The notes beneath the pieces are model-generated. The model was not told where the DNA came from and did not search any database. It saw nothing but the letters and a program-made list of their open reading frames with translations. Source: Catajapyx aquilonaris (Eukaryota). From it: DNA of 61,084 nt. This document shows, piece after piece, positions 37,553 to 50,200 of the stretch. Location of the stretch: assembly GCA_000934665.2 (NCBI GenBank), contig KZ538567.1, positions 1 through 61,084 of the forward strand. Direction: 5' to 3'. Position 1 is the first letter of the stretch, and each line of letters begins with the position of its first letter. Both the position numbers and the translations under genes were made by a program.

Positions 37553-40500
37553 GTAAGTACAAAACCTCTAACGATGTCAGGTGTGTTAATTACAGATGCT
37601 TGGACTGGATACCTGTAACAACCGCTAATTAACACGCCTGAAAAATGTAGCTGTTTACAGCCAGTGGTGTCACGTATTTCCAACTGTTTCATTAGTTCCA
37701 ACTCTTTGCTATTTCATTATTTGAGTCATTCCACAGTAATTAATGGATTTTGCTTTTTTTTCAAATTAAAATTCTGTAGGCATCAGAGAGTTTTTGAGTG
37801 TTATGTAACATTGCAACAGCAACATATTCATGGTGTTAAAATTTATGAAACATCAGTGTGATTTAATTGCATTAAGTTGGGTAACGGATGGGACTGCAAA
37901 AGGCCATTAGCACACAATCATAATATCATAACTATCAGAAATAAATTTTTCAGTATGTTGCATGTAGAAGATTATAGTATCAACAAAATAGGTTATGTCC
38001 TGAGATGACCTTGAATTAACCTCATGCAGATAAGTACAACAAGAAAAGTTGGAGAGTGACCAAAATTGAGGGGTGTTTCAGTGTCCTGAAGTGCTTCTGG
38101 ACAGATGTTGATGGGACAGAGTGGAAGGGACGGCTTTAACGCGGGCTGGGAAATCCGTTTAGTGCGTTTGAATCTAATTGTGAAGGCGCAGGAGAGAAAC
38201 ACAATATAAGGGGGGGGGGGGGGGGGGGGNGGGGGGAAGAAGCCGCAGCAGCAGCTCGTTGTTATGAAGATGAAGTTGATGAGTGTTTTTTTTTTTTTAA
38301 AACAAGGATGCTGCCATAATTGCAGCTAAATTGCATTGTCGAGCAAGCAAGCAAAACAAGCACATTTTGATGGGCGATCTTGTACTGTAAAGTGATTTCA
38401 TTTCAATTGCTGATTTAATATTGGAGGAAAAGTTGGCACCAATATTTTTGGTCTGATTAGGTACTTTGCGAATTGGTTTTTTTTTTGCAACATCCTTGTG
38501 AAAACAAAAGTTTGTTGATTGCAGGAAGTACACATTGCGTAATAATATCAAGAATCATATTATAGCAATATTTTTTGCATGAAGCATAATCATAGTCTGG
38601 CACCAGAATTGATTGTTGGAACTGGGGGGAATTCAGTAAAGTTCGAGTGGTTGATCGGATGTGATTGGGAAATTGGCTCAATTAATTGATGAAGCGGCTT
38701 CAACCTTGTTATGTTTGCGGCGATTGCAAAATGTTTGCCAAAAAAAAACGAGCAGTAGGGTAATCGGTGTATTCTGTTTTCCTGACCGTATAGGAGATCT
38801 CTCATTTGCACATATTTTGATCCCAATTTTCTTTTTTTTAAAAAAAAGTAGGGCAGGGTATGCATGCGAGGATTCAGGTTTTTGTAATGACAATGGAAAG
38901 CTGTGATGGCCTCTTTCATTTGGACCGATTTAGGGGTTGTGCAGGATCCGATAGGACGCTCAATTATGCCAATGAAAAGAGCTGTCAGCGTGCCATTTTC
39001 CTCTTTGATAGAGTCAGCATAAACGAAAAAAATAAAATGCAAAATAATGCATATCATGTAAACGGAATTTTGGGCTAAACACTCTTCCATATACTGTATA
39101 ACCTGAAGTATAGTAAGTACCTGGAATTTATTAACCAATCAGTACATTATTTATCAACAAATATATTTCTACCAGTTTTGCAAGTGAATTAGAGTCGATG
39201 CCATGTAATTTGAGCATGTTTGCGTAAATACAAATGACATCAGATAATTATGATTTTTTTTTGTTCTGTCCAGCATTGTCAGTGCAATCAGCTCTATTGC
39301 ATGTCATTTGGTTTGAAATATTCGCTTCAAAAAAAATTGATAGTCATACAGTAACCTATTCACTAATATTGCTGTTTTGAACAGATTCTGTCAAATTTCG
39401 ACGAAAAAATTATTATCGAAGTTGTCATTTTAGATTGACATGTTATTGTACTGCAGTTAGAGTTTGTGACGGGTGTGCGTTATGAATATGTCGTAACTCT
39501 GCTTAATTTTAATTCGGACTAATATTCACTGTTACGAGTAAAGTGTTACAACTATCCTTCATGTCGCGTGATTTAAAGTCTGAATCATCTAGTGTCACCA
39601 GCAGTTTCCACAGGGCGTGTCCAACCCACGAAATGGACAGATGGCTCCCATGTCACATGAATAATTCTCGTTGTCTTTCCACCTCAATCCCCACCACTGT
39701 GTGTTTACCTTTACCCCAATAGCCAGTTGGTGTCTCCTTCAAGTATTTATACCTGACCCCAGCCCCATGTTCTCTCTCTCTTCTCCAATAATTACACGAC
39801 GATGAATTTAAAATCGCGTCAACATTGACACGGTTTTCCAATCGCTGAATTTCAGATGACGCGCATGTTGCTGACTCACCCTTTTTTTTGGAAGAGAAGG
39901 TCAGGAGAAAATGAGATGCATGCAGGGTTGAAATCAGTCAGTGTCAGTGGCCATATCTGGTCTCTAATTATGCTTTAATTTTTAATCGCGTTTGGTGACG
40001 AGCATGAAAGGGGGGGAGATGATAGCAAAGGACAGCAACAATCACCTGAGTCAACAATACGCCACTTGAGAGAGTTACGTAAATACGCAAGTTTACCCGT
40101 TTGCTTCGGGTGTGTACAGTGTACACTGCAGTTATGACGCTGTACTTCAACCGCGAACTCTGTTGACTTCCTCTACCATCAACTGTTAAGTTCAACAACT
40201 TCATTACACACCAGTCTTCCTAACAAGCTACTTTATGTCCGCCATTTTTAAACGGCATTGGTTAGAAAGCGCTGTTGCCAGATTGGATTTTCTTTTACAA
40301 CTAGTAGCGGGCCCGTTGCCGAATTTTGGAAACACTAATTGGCCCACCCCCTAACTTGGACGTACTACAATAGGCCACTACCAGTTGACGCATAGCTCAG
40401 GGCGAAAGTAGTACTACATGCACGTTGGTGATGAGTCACCGCGAGGACAAAGCCCACTAGGGCGCTATACTGCTGCTGAACGGGGAAAGGGAAAGCTATA

Positions 40501-41016
40501 ATAACGACTACCTAGGTGATGACTCACCTTGTTTACGGATTGCGAATTCTGCATATAATTCGATGTGCAAAAAAACTGCTATAATGCGAAAATCGCTTTT
40601 ACTACAGGCTTGTAAATAACTCAGAAGAAACTGCTGGAGGATTTTTCGCGCACAAAAAAAGAGAGGACCTGGAGGTTGCAAATCCCAGGCTTAGTGGGTT
40701 TTGCGCTTGTCGAGGGTGGACTCTTTTGGGGTCTGTCCCCTGGGAAACCATGCAGCGTGTAGAACAAGGCTGGGCTGCTTTCCCATAGGTTGCCGAACCC
40801 TCTACACATCAGGGAAAAAAGGGGCTGAACTCAAGGTCACCCCTTTTCCTCCTTTTCCTTGATAGAACCCGAAGCTTCTACCAAGCCTGGGGATTTGCAT
40901 TGCCTATGCATACATTTCCACATGTGACATTGTACTGTCCAAGCTCGGAGAATGGCGAAGAACCACTTCCAGCGAACAAGCAAAAAAAAGGCAATCAGAA
41001 AACAAGTTATGTTAGG

Positions 41017-41304
41017 TTTTTAAAGACTTTTTCTCATCGAAAAAAAGGACGTATAGAATGGCACTGTCCGTCCGTCTGTCTGTGGACAGTTATCAGGGCC
41101 TAAACCACAGGAGATAGCGACAAACGATTTTCGGAATCGGATTTGGCGGATCCTAAATAAGTTTCATGGCCTACTTTGGGCGACCTTGTGAACGGGACAA
41201 CAATCAATGCCATTGTTGTCCTATTCGAAACGAATCGTATCGTCAGCCGAATTTCCATCTTCCCGATGAGAAAAAGTCTACTCGAATCATGCTCGCGTAG
41301 TTTT
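41017..41304 (+). mobile_element. Helentron/DINE-1-like (HINE) non-autonomous element; relatives at ~44425-44765, ~46010-46165, and minus-strand fragments at ~33000-33080 and ~15320-15345
   Basis: Perfect 15-bp subterminal inverted repeat gactttttctcatcg (41025-41039) / cgatgagaaaaagtc (41264-41278). (GTCC/GTCT)n microsatellite at ~41066-41082. T-rich flanks with no TSD. Confidence 0.75.
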
Positions 41305-42904
41305 CCTTTTTCTTTTTCTTTTTTGCAAAATGAAAATGTCGTTAGCAAAAATTACATGCATCAATTTTCAATATATGGAACATTTCCGCAATTATTGGTC
41401 CACATCACATTGGGCAAAGTCGCTTGGGCTGTGAAAAGACTCGCTTAATCTGAAATATATGTTTTCTGAAGGATTCGTACCGAAGAAGATAGCCTATAGT
41501 TTTGATAATGATAATATTTTAAACTGACATATCCGAGCTGGACAAAATTTTGTTCATTATTAGTTTAAAAAAATTCTTATTATTGGAACATTGTTAAAAG
41601 CAGAATGGTCTATCCCATCTTGATTTTGTGCCTATAGCCTGGAGCAAATTGAAATGGATTGCATCAATATCGTGCCATTTGGAATCGCTGAAGTGATTGG
41701 ACCAATGGAATGCTGACGAGTACAAGATGAGCTTGAATGAATGAATGTCAAGGGGGGTCCCAGAGGGAGGGAGGGAAGGGGGAGTGGAAGTTATATTGGA
41801 CAGGAAAAGGAAGTGTGAGTGCCAACAATCCACCGTTTTTATTCCTCTTCAAGAGGAGCCATTAGCAATGGAGATGAGCTTAGTTCGCAATGGGTGGGGA
41901 AGACCCAAGGCTCCATTTCCCTTCCAATGATTTAATTATGCTACACCCGCTCTCTTTCATTAGCTCCCACTCCTCTTTTTTGCCGATTGGCTGGACGCAG
42001 ACAAAAATCGGCATATCAATAGCCTTCTAGGAAATGCGGCCTTGCATACCGAGATTATGGACCTTGGATGCTGACTGCTGGAGAAAACTGGATGAAAACT
42101 AACATTTAATGTACCTGTTCAATCCAATTATAGTTGAAACAGGCGTATATAGGCTGTATCCACGACATTATAAAAATTTTCTCACAATTATTACGACACA
42201 CCCTGTCTACTTTTGATCAAGAAAACGTCCTTGTCAGTTACTGTACTGTACAGAAAAGTAATCTGCGAAAAGGAGGCCAGACATGTGGTACCCTCGGCTC
42301 ATATCGAGCTCAACCTGGGTTGGTTAGTTGGAGCTACCGAGAGATGGCAGCCATGATCAGTATTAGTAAAAGGGGCTGAAGGATCCTACAATTTGCCCCC
42401 ATTTGATTGTCTCATTTTGCTTCTCTTTCGGCCTAAATCGCTCTCGAGGAATCATGTGAAAGTGGATTAAGCCAAATGAATCTAACAGTTATTTTTACCA
42501 TCCTTTTTTGACAGCTGTTGCCTGAATCTGATTGGTTCAAGATGCGGCGTAATTGTTGGCTGGCGGGGGGCGGTAATGACCAACTTTGATTAGGTCGATT
42601 GAAACCCATCGTAGCAGGGGAGCCAGCTAAACACAATGAACACGTGCAAACAGGACGCGCCATTCAAAAAAAACGGCTATTTTCCCATCGCCATTATACC
42701 CACGTCCAGGGGGTTTAGTACAAGTAATAGACTCAAAACTCGCCCGAGTGCACAATCACCATAAGACCATCTGCACCTATCAAAACCCCCGACATTTCAA
42801 TCACAAGGTGCTCCAATACTGAATGAATCATTACCAACAGAAATCATTGAACATCAATAATTTTTAACTGATAGTGAATTTCTATGGATTAGTATGTGCA
42901 TTTT

Positions 42905-43255
42905 TCTCCTTAATAGGCTTATGCCTGGTTGCACCAACAAAATTACCGGTCCGATAGCTCCTAACGGACCGATAGCACATGTTAAAAGGTCTATCTATCT
43001 GTCCATTAGGAGCTATCGGACCGGTAATTTTGTTGGTGCAACCAGGCATTATTATCTCCGTCGGATGTTTGTCCGACTTGATGGTTACGCTATCTCTCGC
43101 CCAACCTGATGATGGCAGGATTGTGCAGAGGTAGTATGCGCCATCTATGCGTGAATAATATTATTACTGCTTTGTAAAATCGGCGGGTCATCTTTTGATT
43201 GTCACTCTCATATAGATTGTAGGTTTTGCCGAATTTTTGGCAACATGTTCACTAG
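42905..43255 (+). mobile_element. Helitron-like family A element carrying a nested MITE
   Basis: TC start, ttgccgaatttttggcaa hairpin, and end ttcaCTAG|t. Confidence 0.75.
42922..43048. mobile_element. PIF/Harbinger (Tourist-like) MITE
   Basis: TTA TSD (42919-42921, 43049-43051) and perfect ~43-bp TIRs tgcctggttgcaccaacaaaattaccggtccgatagctcctaa. Confidence 0.9.
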
Positions 43256-43315
43256 TATTATTACTAGCAGCCAGGGTGCATTGTGGTGGTTACACTTCAT
43301 AAAACTTACATAGTA

Positions 43316-43610
43316 CACTGTTGTACATTAATCGCGTCATACTGCTAGCGACATTTTCCGATGCGGCAGACGTGTAAATCGAAGTGATTGGGTCCGAGCC
43401 GTGCGAATCAGAAGAAGTAGGCCTTGGGTGACGTCACCGGCTGGGGGACATGCCTTTTTCTCAATTGCCTCCCAGCCGGTGACGTCACCCAAGGCCTACC
43501 TCTTCTGATTCTCACGGGCTCGCACTCTAATGACTCTATCATTTCGATTTGCACGTCTGCCGCATCGAAATATGTCGCTAGCAGTACGACTCGATTAATG
43601 TCCAACACTG
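43316..43610. mobile_element. Tc1/mariner-type palindromic MITE, intact copy
   Basis: TA-CACTGTTGTACATTAATCG ... CGATTAATGTCCAACACTG-TA, with near full-length inverted symmetry. Confidence 0.9.
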
Positions 43611-45660
43611 TACTACTTCAGAGTGTGCACTTTATACTGTATGCTTAAAACTGGACCTATATGCCATTGTGTAATAAGCCAAAGTTTTTCAATACCTCAT
43701 CTGAGGAGGTCAATCACGCCTCGGTTAGCTGTGTGTCTGCGCATATATGCTGATTTGGATGTGTAAAGAAGATGAATGAAATGTGTTGGTTTTGGCGATT
43801 GGATCACCTTGTGTTTTTTTCTCCGTAAAGCTGATAAGCTCCTCTGGAGATTGTCGGATGTGTGCAGGTGACGATGAAAAAGAGGACACATCCCGGGGAT
43901 TTGTCCGGCCATGCGTGTCCGGAGGAAAATTTTTGTTTGCCTCCTATGGGAGGACTCGTTCATTGGGCGCCAACTGAAATGTTCCATAGGAATCCATGCA
44001 GCGCAATGAATCTGTGCCCCCATAACTCTATACACTTGACCCCAATTTTGAATAGAAGCTACCTACATTTTTGGACGTAATTGAGCCTTATCAGTTTTTG
44101 TGCAAAATATTCAGTTTCAGTCGCGGCTTATCTCGCATAATAAAATCGGGAAAGTTTGGTGGTATGATTGCAACATTCGTATAGTGATGGAAGTCACGTA
44201 GGCTGTATTATGCATTTCACATGCTTACAAAGCTTTCTGAAAGCAACGGCCATACTTTAATTCCGATTGGTGCTAAGGGATGTCGCCTTGAATAATTCAG
44301 TCCCTGGCGCCCACCTGTGGAACTATTTGCAGACGTTTATGCGCCTTAAGACACGCAATGCCCTCCTTTGCTTTCCAACCAATAAAAAGTGAGACTATTT
44401 TCACTTAAAAAATGTAATTTTAGAATCTTTTTTTCATCGAATTAAAGTTTTATAGAACGGCTCTGTCTGTGGACAGGTATCAGTGCCCAAACAGAAGGAG
44501 ATGACGACAAACGGTTTTCGGATTCGGATTCGGATGATCAACTTCCGGTGGCCGGCCACTTCCGGTTTTCCGGGTTCACTCAATCCGCCAAGGTCACGTC
44601 TACACCTTATAAATTAGTTTTCTTGAGTTTTCTGGCAACGGAAATCGATACTGATGTCATAGTTGTCCATGGTGTCGTATCATATCGTATTCAAAAATGT
44701 TGTCGGTCTCATTTCCCACTGCCCAATGCGAAAAAGTATACTCTAATCACGTTGTCCTTGTTTAGTCGTTCACGATAACTCGGCGCCTGGATCAAAAAAA
44801 TTTGTCGAATTCACACTCGTCCTAATCTTTCTGTCCGATATAGTACCTAGAAGTATGGTGCAAAAAAAAATTGCGAAATAGAAAGTGATGAATGGAAATG
44901 GTGTCGGAAGAATTATTGTTAGTGGGAGCTTGGGACCTGGTACAAACCAAGTGGAACCAGCTATATTTTAGAAGCCTTCGCCTGGTAAAGGAAGCACCTT
45001 TAAAAGTATCTTTTTGTCAAAAAAAAAAAAGCTGTAATATCTGGGTGTGAAAGTAGTGGTCTTGATGGGGGCAGCACTTGAGCCAAATCGATTCGCAGCA
45101 GCTGGGGAAAAAAACTAATTTAAAGCTATTTCCCCCACTTACTTTTTTCTCTGCAAATACTCTAGGGGTAATTAGTGCCCTCGGAATTTGAGCCACGTGT
45201 CGCATCTGATGTGTCGTAAAGTGGGGTTACTCTGGCCCAGCTCACTTCTGGTGGGGGGCTCCCATTTTACCTTTTGATGGAAGCATATACACACTCCAGA
45301 CCCTCCATCGAGCGGATAAAAGTGTCACTAAGTGCCTGCCATTATGCTAGAGCTGGACGGATGGCACATGGCACTTGGTCGATACCTGCTATCTGGTCCA
45401 TGCATAGTTGAAGGCCCTGTCACTTCAAATGTGACATTGGCACACATGCTGGGTGGATGATACCAGATATAATCTGGAGGGAATTGGACGCCTGTGTGTA
45501 TGCATACAGGGTGAGTCATATTCGGTAGATTGGACTAAAATTAGAGGCGCTATTTTTTTACGAGCTCAACCAGGTGCTCACCGACACTCGCGCAGCTCAG
45601 TTGTTCTGACAACAACGTTGCCAGACTTACTCCCCAGAGGCCAATTCATACCCGTACGTA

Positions 45661-45855
45661 CACTGTAAACCTCAGAACATAAAAATAGCATCATTGGTGA
45701 GTCTCTTATCGAATTTCAGCAATTTTTAATGCTCTGCCAATGCTCCTTTTTGTTGCTAAAAAGCATCACAAGAGCATTAGAAGAGCATTAAAAATCGATG
45801 TTCCACATAAAAGACTCACCAGTGATGCTCTTGTAATGTTTTCCTGTTTACAGTG
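45661..45855. mobile_element. CACTA/EnSpm-like MITE
   Basis: TA-CACTGTAAAC ... GTTTACAGTG-TA with internal inverted blocks (gcatcattggtgagtct / agactcaccagtgatgc). Confidence 0.75.
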
Positions 45856-47047
45856 TAGCCAAAGACATTGAGAAATAGACTGCTTAACCGGCGGCCATCT
45901 TGAATCGAATTGAAAGCCCGGCGGCCATGACAGTTCCGGAAAAGAATTACGGGAAATGTCGCTGATAAGTTTTTTGCTATAGGACGACAAGTTTCTCGGG
46001 CGATTATATTCAACAAACGGTTTTACAATTCGGATTCAGCGTGGCTTAGGTTCAAAGGTAAACTTCCGGTACAGGCCACTTTCGGTGTTTCGGGTTCACT
46101 CTATCCGCCAAAGTCAAGTCTACAGGCGGGTAACCGTATAATTCAGATTCAGAAATTAGTTTCTTTAAATAACTACGAAAATAACTACTAGCAACCACCC
46201 AAGCAAACACCATTTACAATTTACGCTGTTTTTCCCGGAACTGTCATGGCGGCCAAACGGTTTTTTTTCGACTTCAGGTTGATGGCTTTGACGGCAATGG
46301 GTTAAGCGGTCTATGTATCTCAATGCCTTTGCCCGTAGCCTATGATGCTCGTTCCAGACCCTTGGCAACGTCGCAAATGTCGGCCATTTTGTTCTCCCCC
46401 ATGCGTAGCGTTGGAAATAAGTGCAGCGCCCATTATGCATGCACTATATACAGAGAGCTTACCAGAAATCATTGATAGTGCCAACCCTGCACGCTGCGCG
46501 AATTGTGGTGCGCACTCGGTTGCCTCTTGCGTCTAAGGGGGCAATCAAATTCAGGTAAGATCGTCTCAGCGATTAATCCGCCGATCACTCGCCGTGCCTT
46601 TAACTCGATAATAAACAAGCATTAACCGCAATCAAGACTCGATCATTGTTGCGCTCTAAACTGCCTCCACTTTCGCGTGCATGGAAGGCAGCGACAGTAA
46701 TTCAGCCAATAATTTACCGGGCCCGAAAGGCAAGGCGTCGACTATAGATAGCAATCGGCTCGCAAAAACAGGAGCGAGAGAGGAAATTGCGACGCGCATT
46801 GTTGCATCCATTATTGCTACTCTAGGGTGATGAAGTCGTCTTACTTTATGGCAAATAGAGTGCATTGTGACATTTTACTAATGTTTGTATTTATTTATTT
46901 ATTCGTTCATTTACTGTAGCAGCAGACTCGTTGTCAAATTTTGGCAGCACTGCTTCCCCCCCCCNCCCCCCCCAACTAGGATGTAGTACGATATATACCG
47001 CTATACAGTGTATAAAAAATGTGAATTTAATTATTCCTATATGAATT

Positions 47048-47243
47048 TTTTATGATCGCAACCGCGTGCGCACCTCAGTTCGCGCAAATTGTTTCCAACA
47101 CTAGGCTTGAGGGGGTAACAATATGGCCGACTTTTGCGACGTTGCCAAGGCTCTGGAACGAGTCTCAGATCCTGAGAAATAACTGTTGTCGCGGAACAAT
47201 GGACTTGTGCGAGTGTGGATGCGCACTCGGTTGCGCTCGTAAA
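47048..47243. mobile_element. Dispersed inverted-end repeat family (copies ~46335-46530 with other end ~45557-45625, 51262-51460, 52575-52858)
   Basis: Ends gcaaccg.gtgcgcac / gtgcgcactcggttgcgct.gtaaa and a core aa.atggc.gac.tttgcgacgttgccaa.gctctggaacga. Superfamily not assigned. Confidence 0.75.
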
Positions 47244-50200
47244 CAAATTCTATGCCAATTGGCGCATATGCTCTCCCTATGCACACTCCTGCCGCTCTCA
47301 GAGGGCAGAGACAGAGACCCGCACCAGGCGGCAGCATCGAAGCGACATCCGACGGTGAAGTGCAGAATCGAGTCGCCACCCAGGAGGTGGCGGCCCGGAA
47401 CGGCGGAAATAGGAATTCCGTGGAACGGCCGCGGTCGACTTCCTCCCCTTTCTTTTTAGTTTACAAAGTCCCTCTGCACCTTTTCTAAAAAACAAAAGTG
47501 ATTTGCAAATATAGAAAACACGGGCAAAATTTTGACACAATTCCCAAAGCTGTAGAGCGTACGATTAGGGAGGATTTATGGGTACAGTAGCCTTTTCATC
47601 ATATAGATGCAAATTGGTGATGAGTCACCGCGCGGACAAAGTCCATCAGGGCGGTATACTACTATTTCCTTTATGAAGTTGAAATAATACATCATTTATT
47701 GCATTTTTCTTAACTTCTGATTTTACTTGACGCAATTGTTGCTTCATTTCAAACCAGTTTCTGTAATATAAACTCAGTTTTTCAGCCCAAGCCGGGTACT
47801 GCTGCACCGGGTCCCATACATTTGTTGGGGGGAAAGAAGAAGGTACCCCGGGTAGGTGTCGGGTAGGGGGTCGTCATTGATTGGTAGTGTACGGAGTGTG
47901 CGCCTGAGGGCATCCCGAGTAGAGGTTTTTTGGAGGGTGGGTTGGGGGTGAACACTTCCAACCAACCCAAACCAACCATCCCCATACAGCAGACCCTGCC
48001 GGTCTCGTTCCTCCTCTCTGGAGATTAAGAAGTCAATTTTTTGGTTGTTGTCCGGGTACATTTTGAGCATGGGTTCCTAGGATGTGCCCGTATCCAGGGC
48101 CCCGGAGCCGACCCCGGGCCCAACATGTGAAGAGGATAAGGCCCCGGGGGCCTGAGCCTAAGCCCCAGATTTGTAAGAGAAAAGTAATATAAGGAAGCAA
48201 CAGCAGCTGAAGAGCTGCTGGGAAATGTCCGTCCGAAGTTTACACAGAAGGGTATCCATGTGAGTACAACATCCTTTTCTATACACTCAGTGTACAGTAC
48301 AAACATGTCTAAACCTCATCACTCGAGGATTTACTGCCATAAAGTTCGGGGGGCATCAGTTAACCGTCGATTAATTATATTAATAATTAAACGCATCTGC
48401 CCGCAAGTATACCAAATTATTAATAAACAAACATTAACCTAGGGTCAAGATTTTAAACAAAACTGGCCCGAAATTTTAATTTTGCATTATGTGCCTGAAG
48501 CAGTTTAGTGCTTAACTATCGGTTAAAAGGTCCGCAGTCTGTCTGAACCGATTCCAAAAAAAGTTGCAACAAAGGTCCGCCATCTTTGTTCTCTAGAAAT
48601 ACTGTAATTTCGTTTGAAAGCTCGTGACTTGAAACATAGCCCGAAAAACCGGTTCTAACTTTTCGAAGGGGAAAAAAAGGTGATCTGAATATTCGATGGT
48701 TTGTGATCTTGCCAGGTTTTCAGATCAATTATTGACCAGCAAGGTCAATGGCATTCTTTCCCAGCTAAAAGAATGTTTCCAACTAGGTCATAGTGTCATC
48801 CTCCCACTACCCCCCCCCCCCCCCNAAAACTGCCCACATGTTCTGAAGGTTGTCATGGAAATGGCGCAGGTTGGATCCATTTTCTAGAAATTGGGACAAT
48901 GCAGTTTTTTTTTTCAACTCTTTAAAAAAAAAAAAAAAAAATCATTGGAGCTGAAGGCACAAAATTGATCACTGAACTTTTTTTAAAAAAAAGATTGAAC
49001 AGGCAAATTACTACGCCAATATCTGCAGCTGGGGGAGTCGCTTTCAAACTATAGAGAAAAAAAAGTAAGTTCGGCTTGGAGCCCATTAGATTGCAATAAT
49101 CGATTTATTTTGCGAATCTAAACACGTGTCGCGTGAGTGCAACAATCGGAGAATTGCAAGTTTAAAGTTGCATTATTCTCTGCACACGAGCTGAGAGGGT
49201 TTATAGGTTCAGATTACGACTCCCAATATTTGCAGCTGGGTCACATTTTTTGGGTCACAAATTTGTTCGCGAAAATAATGCAAAAAGTTTGCGAACTGTT
49301 GAGAATAATTCTCAACAGTTTGCGTTGTTATTAATTTTTTTTTGTAAAAAGGTGCTATTAAATTGTATCATTGTGCAATATTTGCAAGCATTAATGCAAA
49401 TTAAACGAATTAAAATAATATGTGCGAAAATTCGTCTGAGAAATTACATTTTCGTGGAAATTATGCAAGAATTGACAAGTTCGCTAACGAAATATTTGCA
49501 AAAAATGGCACAATTTTGCGCGAATTAAATATTTGCAAAAATGTGCAAAGTGACCTCTTTTTGGACCTTTTAGTCATTCAGCACATGTTTGTGCGGTACG
49601 CCACTGGACACGCTCGAATAATCCTATCACAAGCCCGAATGAGTTTTTGCATAAGTCACTTTCGATCGGGATTTGTACCCATTCCGTGCCAAAATATTGG
49701 CAATCGGTAAGGAATCTCCGAATTTGCAAAAAAAAATTGTCAGTACAAAAATAGTCACTCGGTACATTTTGGCGAACATGCAACGTGCTTGCCACGTGTC
49801 CCATATTTTTTTGTGCAAAACTGTTGCGTGCACGTGCGTGCATGAATGGCTGGAATTTCGCACATGCGTGCAGACATTGGCCGTACTTCATTCACAGAAA
49901 GATAACTTTTTCCCTCTCCCCACTCACTGCTATATAGCCAATCAATAAGTTAGAGTGGGCCAAGGCATAAAAATATATCCGGATCTCAATTGCTGTACAG
50001 GATGATCCATAAAGATCGTTCACAACCTTCTAAAAGCAAGTTTCAATCAGAAATTGGTTTCAAAGAGTATGAAATTTTCAGGCTTTTTTTTGAGGGGGGG
50101 GGGGTCTTTCAATCAGCAATTCCGGATACTCCGGGCTAGGTCCACTTTTTTTTGTGGGTGTCAGCTTTGCTATTGGCTATCAAGTGTCAATTGCTCGTAA

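Noticed and set aside
38297..39138. 182-aa and overlapping ORFs
   Set aside because: AT-rich, homopolymer-laden sequence with non-ATG starts and no motif; chance ORFs.
45340..45516. Possible exon ending at CAGG|gtgagt (45510)
   Set aside because: No clear acceptor or recognisable reading frame; insufficient support.
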